From positions 186,001-250,000 of IMG/VR virus record IMGVR_UViG_3300048438_000153: a DNA stretch of 64,000 bases; one strand, 5' to 3'. The notes beneath the pieces are model-generated. The model was not told the DNA's origin and did no database searches. It saw only the letters and a list, made by a program, of their open reading frames with translations. The position numbers and the translations under genes are program-made. Of this stretch, positions 1 through 10,400 are shown one piece after another. Each line of letters begins with the position of its first letter. Position 1 is the first letter of the stretch.

Positions 1-649
1 CAACGCTCTCGTCGTCGCCCTCATGACCTGTCTCTTGCTGAACTACGTCCTCTGCCATGCGACGCATTTTAGAAGCGAGACGGGCGTTAGCCGCTTTGAG
101 CATGGCGATTTCTTCAGCCATGTCTTCTTCAGCCATCATCTCAGCCATGACGTTATCTACGCCCTCGTCATCACCCTCGTAGCCTGTAGCCTCTTGCATC
201 GCATCCTCTCCAAGAAAGTCTGAAGCGATACGCTGGATCTTGGCATTGATCTGACGTGATGGGAGATCCATGTAACGAAGGGCAAGATCCTCGATCTCAT
301 CCTGTGATGCAGTCCTACCGAGACGGCTCTCAGCAATCTCGATGCACTTAGAAGCCTTGCGCTCCATAGCCTTGCGGAGATTCTGCTCGTAGAGGTCAGA
401 AGTCTCCTCATAGTCTGAAATGATGTCCTCAGTAGCTGCGGGATGATCTGCTTCCCAACTGTATGAAGCGGGGGCAGGTCCTGAGCGGTAAGGACCTTCG
501 TGAACGCCCTCGCCAAATTCTGAGTCGATGCCATAAGCGTCAACTGAGGGCTGTGCTTGTGATGCGGGATGACCGAAGCTCTCGAAGCCCTGATCATCAT
601 AACCTGGTAGGCTAGAAGTGTTAGCCCTACGGAAACTATTCCTAGACAT
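1..649 (-). CDS. Putative capsid scaffolding protein (partial; runs off the left edge, absent from the ORF track)
   Basis: AAAGGA RBS then ATG at 649. Open frame MSRNSFRRANTSSLPGYDDQGFESFGHPASQ...AEEIAMLKAANARLASKMRRMAEDVVQQETGHEGDDESV to the edge. Very acidic, helical, with a repeated TGxEGDDExV unit. Lies directly downstream of the protease gene. Confidence 0.6.
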   Translation of the reverse strand, partial: MSRNSFRRANTSSLPGYDDQGFESFGHPASQAQPSVDAYGIDSEFGEGVHEGPYRSGPAPASYSWEADHPAATEDIISDYEETSDLYEQNLRKAMERKASKCIEIAESRLGRTASQDEIEDLALRYMDLPSRQINAKIQRIASDFLGEDAMQEATGYEGDDEGVDNVMAEMMAEEDMAEEIAMLKAANARLASKMRRMAEDVVQQETGHEGDDESV

Positions 650-674
650 AGGATTTCCTTTCTGCATGAAGGGC

Positions 675-2093
675 TTACCGCCCATGAACGAATGTGATAA
701 GCTTGGAAAGTCTTACCAAGCGAAGTGAGTCTTTGCGAGTTAACTTTGAACCATGACACTCCTCAGCGTCAGAGATAAAGCTAGCCACTTTATTATACCT
801 GTCTGCTGAGTCTATTTGACTAGCAATACGGTACAGGTAAGAAGGTAGGTAGACGTCGAAACGATCATTGACGAGTCTGATGTTATCGACTGCCTCTTTC
901 TTAGAGGAGGCGATCTTCACAGCGGTGTCAAGAGCTGAGAAATAGAGATTCTTTCTCTTTATCTTTCTCTTACTCTTGCCCTCTTTAATGATTGTATCGT
1001 CAGCGGTAGTAGGGTCGCCTGTTGCGGGTACATTAACCGCTTTCTGAGCGAGCTCCTCTTTGATCTCCTTTTCGAGCTTCTTTCTCATGCGACCAACGAG
1101 AGCTTCAGTCACTACGCCCTCAAGTTGATCGAGAATAGAATCAGGAGTCTCTTCTTTCTTAGTGGATTCACCCTCTTCATCGCCCTCGCCATCTCCGAAG
1201 TCGAAAGGACCTGCGAGATGGGATGAAGCAGACTTGCTCAACCACTGCGGAGGAACTTGATTAAGTTTTTCCTCTTGTGGGTTGGCGTCAGCGGAAGGGA
1301 TTTCAAGAGTATTCCTAGCGACCGCGCCCTTAAAGGCAGGTATGGCAACCCAAGAAGCCTCAATGAAGGTTACGCCACCTGTTTCCCCCGTAGTCTCATG
1401 ACCACAAAGCTCGGCAACACGGTGCTTGTTTCCATTCTCATCGAAGAAAACATTACCCTTCTCATACTTAACGTGTCGGCACATCTGAGGCTCATCAGCC
1501 GCGACGTGACCGCACTTGGTGCAGATGGTGAAATCGACAGAACAACCCATCGACATACCGTTCATTTCACCCGATAAGATTTGTCTAACGAGATCTTCGT
1601 GCTTTCTATCTGTGGCTACAAGAATATCCACATAGATAGATTCACCAATATCTCGCATAACAGCATCAATGATACGCCCTTTAGAGAGCTCTTCAACTTG
1701 AACGTGTTCAACAAAGTTATGCGCCCCCACAAACGTCTTATAAGACTTCTTAATAACGCCCCTAGACCAACAGTCGAGGTTGTTATTGATGTACTTATCT
1801 GTCTCGGAGGTGACTCGATAGTCTGCATACTTTCTGTTAATATTCTGACCCTCTTCCTCAACTGAACCTGTCTTTACATTAGGGACAGAAACAGCGTCTA
1901 CGGAGCACACAATCGTAGAGTGTGTGAGTAGAAACCGATCAGGAGTGAAGGGCTCGCCTAAAAGCTCTTCTGCTTTCTTCTTAAGGCTCGAATCGAGGCG
2001 CTTTTGACCCGAAGCGACTCGAATACGATCCCACTCAAGACCATGAAGCTGAGGTGTAACTACCTGTGCTCTAGCGTACTTTGAAAATGCCAT
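675..2093 (-). CDS. Prohead maturation protease (HK97/herpes-like fold) with Zn-finger insert
   Basis: NFVEH (His), GMSMGC (Ser), CTKC...CRH...C insert and FIEASWVAIPA (LxEvSxVxxPA-like). Lies downstream of the portal gene. Confidence 0.75.
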   Translation of the reverse strand: MAFSKYARAQVVTPQLHGLEWDRIRVASGQKRLDSSLKKKAEELLGEPFTPDRFLLTHSTIVCSVDAVSVPNVKTGSVEEEGQNINRKYADYRVTSETDKYINNNLDCWSRGVIKKSYKTFVGAHNFVEHVQVEELSKGRIIDAVMRDIGESIYVDILVATDRKHEDLVRQILSGEMNGMSMGCSVDFTICTKCGHVAADEPQMCRHVKYEKGNVFFDENGNKHRVAELCGHETTGETGGVTFIEASWVAIPAFKGAVARNTLEIPSADANPQEEKLNQVPPQWLSKSASSHLAGPFDFGDGEGDEEGESTKKEETPDSILDQLEGVVTEALVGRMRKKLEKEIKEELAQKAVNVPATGDPTTADDTIIKEGKSKRKIKRKNLYFSALDTAVKIASSKKEAVDNIRLVNDRFDVYLPSYLYRIASQIDSADRYNKVASFISDAEECHGSKLTRKDSLRLVRLSKLITFVHGR

Positions 2094-2095
2094 GA

Positions 2096-2437
2096 TTAAC
2101 CCCTCCTGTCCTTTCTTTCCCTGAGATATCGACTAGCCACTTTCTTAGAAGAAGGGCCTGAAGACACAGGAACGACGCCTCTACCTCCGGGGATGGAGTC
2201 AGGCGTGTTCGCTAGGTTTTGATAATCACCTGATGTGTCCAAAACTAAGTCCTCTACAGGATAGCGAGATACGCCGTGTGGGAACTGAACATCGACCATG
2301 CCGATGGCGGGGAAAATCTGAACAACGACCCCTGATTTATCAGGTTTACCTAAGAAATACGGGTAAACCCTCATTCCGATCTCGAAACGACGAGCTCGCT
2401 GTTGATAATCAACATAAGATGTTGCAAGTCTCTGCAT
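2096..2437 (-). CDS. Nested in-frame 113 aa gene (MQRLATSYVDY...; SH3-like beta domain)
   Basis: Own AAGGAG RBS (2446-2451) and late-promoter-like motif (2477-2492) inside the larger ORF. Confidence 0.55.
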   Translation of the reverse strand: MQRLATSYVDYQQRARRFEIGMRVYPYFLGKPDKSGVVVQIFPAIGMVDVQFPHGVSRYPVEDLVLDTSGDYQNLANTPDSIPGGRGVVPVSSGPSSKKVASRYLRERKDRRG

Positions 2438-5400
2438 AGAAGAAACTCCTTGGAGGTCACTACTTAAGCAACCCCTTATAAAAGGTTTATTAGAAGAGAA
2501 TTTGCGCGCTATTTTCTGAGCCGAGAAAGATTTCATGCGCGAGGTCATTCTCCTAGATAGATAATGCGACCCAAAAGACTTCTGCGAGGCTAATCTGAAG
2601 CTCCTACTGCTGTAGTTCGTGTTGATTTCTTCCTCGATCTTCTCAAGCAGACCAATAAGCTGATCTTGATCCCTACGCGGAGAGTCTAGAAGCTCCATGA
2701 TCTTCCGCGCCCTATACTTATTAGGATCGCCCGCGAACGCCGAGTCTTCATTGTAGCCCTCAATGTACTCACTAAGATTAAGAGATCTTAAGTTGGCTTC
2801 TCGCATAGACGCAAAGAGAGATGCGATCATATCCTCGTCTTTTTCGAGGAGCGCCTTCGCAAGAGCTTTCTTGTTCGACTTTAACCACCCCTTGAACTTG
2901 GTTTCTTTCCTATCTTCTTTCTTGTCTTTAGAAAGACCCCCTCTTCCCCCATAGCCCTTTTCGTCTTCTGACACGATAGAGTACATATCCATAGAAACCG
3001 TAGTCACATAGTCCCTCAGAATATTCCTCATTTCAGGTGGCATGGGCATGGGGCAATCTGCGACAGGGACTTTCTGACCCGCCGAATCACCGTTCATTGG
3101 GATGTCAGGGCAATACTGAGGGTCTAACAGCTCTGTAATCTCGCCGAAAGGACCACTGTCTCCACCTACGGCGCGCACAAAGTCTTCATCCGAAAGAGAC
3201 TCCATGAACTGCCTCTTGTGTGACCTTACCTCTTCAGGGGAAAGGCCGTTGTTTTCCCTCGAAAGATCAGAAACAACCATCATCGCATCTTGGCTGTTCA
3301 TCTGCTTGGCGTATTCTAAGAAAAAAGGGTCTACTTTAGAGCGTCCTTGAGGAATCTCCGCGTCGCCCTCCATGAGCATGGAGACATACGCCCCCTCTAG
3401 AGCCGACTCATACTTGAGCCTCCGCGCTTTCCTCTGATTCTTAGAAAGAGACTTATCTGTGTCGAGCTCAGACAACTTCTGTGAATAGAAGCTGAAAGCA
3501 TCTTGTCTGCGCTGAGCGTCTGAACCCTCTTCACCTCTTAGTCTGTCTACGGTGAAAGAAAGATTCTCTCCATATAAGCCCTCGTTCTCAGAATATTGTA
3601 TCTTCGCATAGCTGTCTCTTGACACATTGATGAACTGAGAGTTGGGAGGCATCCCATAATCGAAGTCGTTGAGAAAGTTAGCCTCCATCACAGCAGCCGC
3701 CATCGCCTGACCGAGCTCCCCACCCTTCATGTCAGAAAGAGGTCTGTTAAAGAGATCCTCTACGTCTTTCTTAAGGTCTTGGAGAACCTCTTGAGTGGAC
3801 TTATCAGAGGTGAAAGTATTAGTGAGACGATCAGCAGAGGCTTTGTACCCCTCCTCGAAATCTTCGAGGTCTTCTTCAGGCAAGCCCCCTAAGAGGTCGA
3901 TGAGATCTGAAAGCTTCCCCATAGACTTACTGCCTTTCAGAGCACTGTCTCTAGGGAGAGTGTCTCTGAGCTTAGAGGTGAACTCCTCTCTAGTCTCTTG
4001 AGCTTCTTTCTGATCCTCCTCAGACTGTTCTTCTGAAGCTGAATCTCTATTCGCCTTGTACAGCTCATGAAAGAACTTGAGGTTGTCGTCTTTATCTATC
4101 GCTTTGCGCCCTCGGTCAGACTTGCCAAGAAGGAAGTTAATCGCGTCCCCTTTCTTAGTCTCCTCAAGCTCTTTCTCTGACGAGATCCCCTCAACATCAT
4201 CTGTGAGGTCAGGAAACATCTTATCTAGGTCGAGCCCATCAACAAAGCCGATCAACTCACCCATTCTCTTAGAGAGAACATCTCTCGTCTCCTCTGTCGC
4301 CTCTTTGTCTCTCTGTGCTTGGATCTCACTGAGTTTTCCCTCAAGCTCTGCTTTCAGATCATCATCAGCTACCTCTATCTGTGACTTGACGTCCTGTATT
4401 TGGTAGTCAAGTTCAGGAATCTCAATCTTAGAGACAGAAGAAAGACCCGCGAGATCTCCCGCCTTGAAGTCTTTATCGAGAGTCATCTCCGCGAGAACTT
4501 GAAGGAAACGCTCTCGATCAATCTCTTTGCTTCCTTTCTGAAGAAGAGAAATGAAGTTACGTGGGTCATCTTCAAATTGTCTCTTTAGACCTATCCTGAC
4601 CGCCTTGAGCCGACGCTGTTCTGCTTTCTGCGCCTTCTGTTTCTTAGCAGACTCGGATTTGTGGTGGTTATCCACCCTTTTGCGTACTTCAGAGTGAGCG
4701 GAAGCGTACTCCCTCGAATCGGGGTCTGCGTTATAGGCTGTGTAGAAAGTGACCTTATTCCCCGCCTCTGAATCAAAGCGTGGGTTCTTATCTTTCTTAA
4801 GCTTGTCTACAATACTATCCTTTATGGGATCTTTTTTTTTTTGCTTCTCTTGAGCCATCCTCAGAGCGAACCTCAGCGCAACTCTCTTAGCCACTCTTTT
4901 GTGGTTCATCGAGAGGTCACGATCTCCCCCCGCACCCCCACCTAAGTTTTCTAGGTCAGGGTCATCAAATTTAACTCTCTTTCGAGAGAGGTCTTTGCGA
5001 GTGGGTTTTTTCTTAGGCTTAGGCTTTACGAGCCTTTCTACCTCGCGCTCTTCTTTCTCAAAGCTAGAAAGAGTGGCTAGTCTCATGTGTTTGCAGACAT
5101 CAGGCGCTCTTAAGCTCGCCATCTTTCTTACATCGAAGCACAGAGGAGTGTATTCTTTCCTCATGACCCTCAGCTCTTGGCTGACCTCACCGCAAGTGGG
5201 GTGGTATTTCTTAGTGTCTTTCGAGTCGATCCACCGAGCCTGTAGATCGCGCATAATCTGAGCTTTTCCCTCTAGGTAGTCCTCATACTCGAACTTCTTA
5301 TCTAGTGAGGTAGCCTCTTCATAGAGAGCCTCTATAGTAAGAAAGTGCTTTCTAATACAGTCAGGGCATCTCTTTCGAGGGCTGTTGAGATGATCCTCTA

Positions 5401-5497
5401 AGAGCGCAGACTGCTTACAAATTTCTCTGAGATTGAAGAGAGGGTTCATCACAGGGAGGATGCCCATCTTCTCTTCTTTCTTATTTGCGTATCTCAT
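2096..5497 (-). CDS. Large putative head/internal virion protein (about 1133 aa)
   Basis: Long ORF between portal and protease. Start moved to ATG 5497 (MRYANKK) behind an AAAGAGGT RBS. N-terminal CPDCIRKH motif; charged and helical. Confidence 0.55.
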   Translation of the reverse strand: MRYANKKEEKMGILPVMNPLFNLREICKQSALLEDHLNSPRKRCPDCIRKHFLTIEALYEEATSLDKKFEYEDYLEGKAQIMRDLQARWIDSKDTKKYHPTCGEVSQELRVMRKEYTPLCFDVRKMASLRAPDVCKHMRLATLSSFEKEEREVERLVKPKPKKKPTRKDLSRKRVKFDDPDLENLGGGAGGDRDLSMNHKRVAKRVALRFALRMAQEKQKKKDPIKDSIVDKLKKDKNPRFDSEAGNKVTFYTAYNADPDSREYASAHSEVRKRVDNHHKSESAKKQKAQKAEQRRLKAVRIGLKRQFEDDPRNFISLLQKGSKEIDRERFLQVLAEMTLDKDFKAGDLAGLSSVSKIEIPELDYQIQDVKSQIEVADDDLKAELEGKLSEIQAQRDKEATEETRDVLSKRMGELIGFVDGLDLDKMFPDLTDDVEGISSEKELEETKKGDAINFLLGKSDRGRKAIDKDDNLKFFHELYKANRDSASEEQSEEDQKEAQETREEFTSKLRDTLPRDSALKGSKSMGKLSDLIDLLGGLPEEDLEDFEEGYKASADRLTNTFTSDKSTQEVLQDLKKDVEDLFNRPLSDMKGGELGQAMAAAVMEANFLNDFDYGMPPNSQFINVSRDSYAKIQYSENEGLYGENLSFTVDRLRGEEGSDAQRRQDAFSFYSQKLSELDTDKSLSKNQRKARRLKYESALEGAYVSMLMEGDAEIPQGRSKVDPFFLEYAKQMNSQDAMMVVSDLSRENNGLSPEEVRSHKRQFMESLSDEDFVRAVGGDSGPFGEITELLDPQYCPDIPMNGDSAGQKVPVADCPMPMPPEMRNILRDYVTTVSMDMYSIVSEDEKGYGGRGGLSKDKKEDRKETKFKGWLKSNKKALAKALLEKDEDMIASLFASMREANLRSLNLSEYIEGYNEDSAFAGDPNKYRARKIMELLDSPRRDQDQLIGLLEKIEEEINTNYSSRSFRLASQKSFGSHYLSRRMTSRMKSFSAQKIARKFSSNKPFIRGCLSSDLQGVSSMQRLATSYVDYQQRARRFEIGMRVYPYFLGKPDKSGVVVQIFPAIGMVDVQFPHGVSRYPVEDLVLDTSGDYQNLANTPDSIPGGRGVVPVSSGPSSKKVASRYLRERKDRRG
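2477..2492 (-). promoter_or_regulatory. Late-promoter-like motif TAATA-AACCT-TTTATA, internal to a CDS
   Basis: Matches the motif found upstream of about 14 other genes. Confidence 0.55.
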
Positions 5498-5504
5498 ACT
5501 AACT

Positions 5505-5553
5505 ACCTCTTTATCTGTGGGCTTTACTTTACTCACAGATAAAGAGGTTATCA
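5505..5553 (-). promoter_or_regulatory. Late-promoter-like motif (5538-5553) with 15 bp RBS-sequestering hairpin
   Basis: TGATA-ACCTC-TTTATC. Perfect inverted repeat 5505-5519 / 5534-5548 covering AAAGAGGT before ATG 5497. Confidence 0.75.
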
Positions 5554-5566
5554 GAGGAGAGTATTA

Positions 5567-7240
5567 TTAGAATCTACCGCCCTCTTCTGTGGGCTTCTCA
5601 TAACTAAGACCTAAGTTCTCCGCGATCTTCTCAATGACCTCTGAGTTTTCAGCGATCATGCGCCCCGCCTCACCGTAGATGCCTCTCAACACCTCGTTAA
5701 ACTGAGAGTCGTTCATCGTCCACATATCTCTTTCTAGCTTTCTCTTAGTAGACTCAGGATCTACGTTCAAGAGCTCCAAGATGATGTCGATGTCAATAGA
5801 CCCCTTTTGATAAAGGTTAAAGAGGCTGTCGAAGGTGTCTTGATTATCTCTCAGACCTAAACGAGTGAAGCTCAGAGTAGGGTGTACCACGACTTCTTCT
5901 CCATCCTCGTCCTCTTCAACGAAGCCCATTCTTTTACACATAGGCTTTAGAATGTTCTCCTCGACCATTTCTTGAAGAACCTCGCGCATAAGCATATACC
6001 GTGTATTGATCACTTCTAGATTAACCCTATCCCCCGCATAGCTAGACTCACCACTTAAGAGAGACTCCGTAACTCCCAATCCCGCATACATCTGACGGTC
6101 AGTCATGTCGTACTCGCCGTTCAAGTCCAAAAGGCGCTGATCAGAACCCATTTCTTCCCATGAAATCTGAAAGTTAGCGATGATCGAGTAATCAGGGTCT
6201 TGAAGCGCGAGATCGACTTGTTCTCTTAACGCCTCAACATCGTTCATGTCCATGTCTTCAGCATAGACAAGACGAATGGGGGTCATGTGGCGAGAGGCTA
6301 TTGAAGTTTGCGCCTGTCTTAGTTTATCTCTGTAGACCAAAATCCTCAAGCACCTCTCAAGCATTGAGTGACCTCTCGGCTCGTATTGAGATTTCTTCCT
6401 CGCCATGTAGTAGCAGAAAGAACCTAGCTCCGCATTGGTGTTGAGGGGAATATTCTTACCGTCGCGAATCGCATTAACCACATCTTCGGGCATAGAGTCT
6501 GCTATACGCATCGCTTCAGGGTCTTGCATAGCCGATCTTTCCACGACATCCCTAGTCTTAGAGTCAGGGACTAGAGAAATGATCTTCTCGTTCGTGAAAG
6601 GAAAAGACTCCATATGAACTTGCTCTGGTGGCAATATTCTGATCGCAGTCCACCCTTTGTAATTCTTCTTCATCCAACGATAAGCCCTATCGTCGGCATC
6701 CTCTCTACGATCATACCTGACTTGAGCCTCACCCTCTTGGGTAATCTCGTTAGTCCGAGTATGAGTTATATCTTTCGGCATATCGGGGTTGTTATCTTCA
6801 CAGAAAACAAAGACTTCCCCTAGAAGATTGTACTCATGTAAGATCTCTATGAGTCGATGAAGCAAGCCCACTCGCTTCGCCCATTTCTCACAGAAACGGA
6901 GGGAAGCCATCGCCATGTCTCTGTTCTTCGCTCTAGGTATGCCCAAGCGAATCTTAGAGAGAGGGAGCTCTGTGTGGAGGTCTACAGCCTGACCCACGAA
7001 AGGGTCAGTGCGATAGAAGAATCTGAAATAGTTCCTCTGCTCGTCTTGGCTTTGAGGAAGCTCAAGGAAATCGGTAGACAGCTCGGGCGAATAAAAGTTA
7101 CCGCCCGACCCCATCTGAGTACCTGATGTAGTCATAGCAACTTTCACGCGAGACTTCATTTCAGAAGCAGTCAGTGACCGAGATGTCGCCCTTGATCTAG
7201 GCAGTATCTTTCCGACCTCTTTTGGCTCTTCTTCACTCAT
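5567..7240 (-). CDS. Portal protein
   Basis: 557 aa next to terL. Portal-like segments FFYRTDPFVGQAVDLH, LLGEVFVF, ILPPEQV, PRGHSMLERC, AGLGVTESLL. Confidence 0.85.
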   Translation of the reverse strand: MSEEEPKEVGKILPRSRATSRSLTASEMKSRVKVAMTTSGTQMGSGGNFYSPELSTDFLELPQSQDEQRNYFRFFYRTDPFVGQAVDLHTELPLSKIRLGIPRAKNRDMAMASLRFCEKWAKRVGLLHRLIEILHEYNLLGEVFVFCEDNNPDMPKDITHTRTNEITQEGEAQVRYDRREDADDRAYRWMKKNYKGWTAIRILPPEQVHMESFPFTNEKIISLVPDSKTRDVVERSAMQDPEAMRIADSMPEDVVNAIRDGKNIPLNTNAELGSFCYYMARKKSQYEPRGHSMLERCLRILVYRDKLRQAQTSIASRHMTPIRLVYAEDMDMNDVEALREQVDLALQDPDYSIIANFQISWEEMGSDQRLLDLNGEYDMTDRQMYAGLGVTESLLSGESSYAGDRVNLEVINTRYMLMREVLQEMVEENILKPMCKRMGFVEEDEDGEEVVVHPTLSFTRLGLRDNQDTFDSLFNLYQKGSIDIDIILELLNVDPESTKRKLERDMWTMNDSQFNEVLRGIYGEAGRMIAENSEVIEKIAENLGLSYEKPTEEGGRF

Positions 7241-7469
7241 ACTTCTCCCTCTCTTTATCTTTCTTAACGACCATCATAGCACACTGTTTAAGCAGTCTAA
7301 CTTGGTCAGGGTTGCCCTTGAAAAAACCTACCCAACTACCGCCAACTCTAAAATAGAGTTCTGAGATAAAATCTATCATCTCGTCAGGTGCGTTTTTCTT
7401 CCCGAAACTTAACTCCAGTATTCTACCGAGAACCCTATGGTCTGCTGTCTTTCTTTCTCTTGGGAGCAT
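7233..7469 (-). CDS. Hypothetical protein (78 aa)
   Basis: Fills the gap between terL and portal, overlapping the portal start. Confidence 0.6.
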   Translation of the reverse strand: MLPRERKTADHRVLGRILELSFGKKNAPDEMIDFISELYFRVGGSWVGFFKGNPDQVRLLKQCAMMVVKKDKEREKYE

Positions 7470-7472
7470 ACG

Positions 7473-10400
7473 TCACCTCTTCTTCCCTACAATTCTATTT
7501 CTTAAGCTGTGTCGATCACTTCGACTAGGAGAGGGAGATCTGCGCCTCGCATCCGAACCGCCTCTTAATCGAGGTGATCCCGCGAAGCCTTTACCCCCAT
7601 GTAAAACAGTACCCCCTATTGATGATCTACCCGAACCGCCCGCAAAGTATTTCTGCTTACCCACTTGCTTAGAAGCGAGCCAAACCATACGAGTGAGCGC
7701 GTCCGACATATCATCGTGCTTGCCCTGAACTTGAGGCGCTTCTACTGTGACGATGTGCTTACTCTGAACCTTCGCTTGAAGCTCCAAGAGCTCCTGAATG
7801 TAAGGCTCATGTCCGTTCTCTTCAGGGTGAAGGTCATCATACAGCCTGAGCCTCTCATCCCACATCATATCCTTAAAATTCTGAAAGATTTGAGAGGTGA
7901 GTTGCTTTGTCATTTGAACGGACTTCATTTGACCTAAACCGCGCTTGGCGAGGGCTTGCTCAAGAGGTATGCCCGCCCATTGGTCAAAGATTCCCTCGAC
8001 TATGTAGAACTTCTTAGTGAGAGAAAGAATCCAATCAGCGACATCATCAAAGTCTAGCCTTTCTTTCTCAGCGTAGTCTCCTTCTCCCGCCTTTATCTGA
8101 ACTACAAGATCAACAACAATATCGTCCTCTTCTAAGTGACCAATAGCCACCGCCGTTCCGTCACCTACGAGCGCGAGGTCAATGCCCATGAAATGAGGCT
8201 GTCGAGCTGGCGCTTTCTGACGCGCTCTAAGCTTAGGGTCAACGCAAGCAAAAAGGTCTTCAGACTTCTCGATCCAACCTCTCGTTCTGTCTGTAAACTC
8301 ACCACCATACTCCGTAAAGAAAACAGCGGCGTTCTTAAGATAGTGTTTCTCGAACTCTTCAGCGGGGACAGTGGGATTGACCTCCCATGTAGGCGCTTGA
8401 ACTGCGAGGATGTTCTCACTCGCTCGACCACCTCTCATACCAATCTGAAAGAGGCTGTAGAAAAGACCCTGTTTACCTAGCGGAGAAGAGATCAGAATAA
8501 TTCGACCCTCAACCTCACCTATAGGCACAGTGGGGTTGTTGGGGTCTTTAGCTGAGTATGCTGAGGTCGAAGGCACAACCGCGTTATAGACCTCTTCCGC
8601 GCCCGACTGACCCGACTCTGTGAAGTGAGCCACCTCATCAAGAATAACGCAGATATTACCCGCACCACGCAAGCCCTTCGCCACGCACGATCTGAATGTG
8701 ACCTTGAGTGTAGCTTTCGCGTTAGAGTTCTCTATGTAACGACCGTATTTATCTACGTCATTGGGCGTCTGAAAGCGAGCGTAAGAAAGAGTGTTGTTCG
8801 CGGTGTATGGACCGAAGAAAGAGCAGTTTCTATAGTGTCCTGACACCTCTTGGTAGAGAAGACCCGCTTGGTCTTTGTCAGTCGCCACAGAGATAATCTG
8901 AATGTTGTTACTTGCGGGCAACCCGTAGTATTTCTGAGGGTCGCCTTTCTTGATCAACTTATACGTCTCATAAGCAGCGATACACGCAGAAATCGTGGTG
9001 TTGTGGTTTGTGAAGGCGTTCCCCACAAACATCGAGCCGTCAGGTACGTTGAGGTCATAAACAGGACTCCTCGACCTCTCAACAGAAACGATCTCGTCAA
9101 AGTAATACCCTGAGTCTAGGATCAAGTTAATCTTAGACTTGAGGTGATCAGAAACCTTATCCGAAGAGGCCACTCTGTGAAGGAGTGTCAGCGTGGGGGA
9201 CGTTGAAGACACCAATTTGCTAGATAAGCCCTTTCCCCTTAAGAAAGACCCGAACCCTTTTGGCGAGCAACTTTGGTCTTTAAGACCGTAGCCCAATCGT
9301 CTACTGAGCTTGTTAGCTCGCTCTTTCTTTTTTCTAGAAATGAACCCAATGTCGTCAAGAAACCTACGATAAGATTGAGTTCCCTTGAGAGACACCACAC
9401 CCTCCTCAAACCCCGAATACCTCCTACCAAATCGACGAGATGTGAAAACTCCCATGTTCATCAAGAGAATCTGAGCTTCTTTGAGTATGAGAGGAGAGGC
9501 TGAAGACAAGGAAATCTCACGCCCGCCCTTATCGGCAATATGACCATCTGTCTCGAAAAGACCCCGAAAGAAAGCGCATTGGACAGAGTAAGGGCTCTCT
9601 AGGATCGCGAAAGGGATTGTCTTAGTCTTGTAAACTACATCAACTCCCCAACCCAATCGCTGAAGAAAAGTCCTGATCTCTTTGCTGTATGTGTTCACTC
9701 TGTAAACACTACCCTCTCCCTCGATAACAGACACTTTTCCAAATAGAGAAACCATCTTTGAGACGAGGTAGTTCTTAAAGTCCTCACAACCTGTGGTGAC
9801 GCCCACCTTCTTCCCACTAGTCCAACCGCCGTCACCCACTAAAATACCGAGCATCTCCCCCCAATCCTCATCAAGATAGTCAGGGAGCTTGCTCTTCACA
9901 GAGAGGTCTTCCTTGTACTCTGAAAGAGGCACGTAATGCTCAGGGAAAAGACCTCTACTCTTGTTAAGACAAGCGAGATCACCCACCTGTATGTCTTCAA
10001 GGTACTTCCAAGATATGTTGTATTCCTTGTCGAGAACTTTAATCCTGTGGTTGGGCGTACCCTCTAACTCAAACCCCGAGTAGGTCATGATCTTCTTAGT
10101 CTCTTTGACGCCTCCGTTATAGAAGAAAGCCGTTTGCGCTGTAGCCCCTCCCTCTTGAAGAACTTGAACAGAGAGAGGCTGATATTCGGGCGCACCATGA
10201 GAAGCGTCTCCTAGTGAGTCGAGCCTCTTCATCCCACCAGGCGTGGGGATCAGAGTATCACCTGTGACACACTTACCTGAGCGCCTTCCGATTGAAAGTA
10301 TCATCTCTCGGCGCTGTTTTCCGGGGATAACCTCTCCGACGTTACAACGACCCTCGTCGTAGAGTTTCTTAAGGTACGTCTTTTCTGTGTGTACCTCAAT

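Noticed and set aside
157-759. 200 aa ORF from the track
   Set aside because: Wrong frame; the frame starting at ATG 649 has the RBS and protein-like composition.
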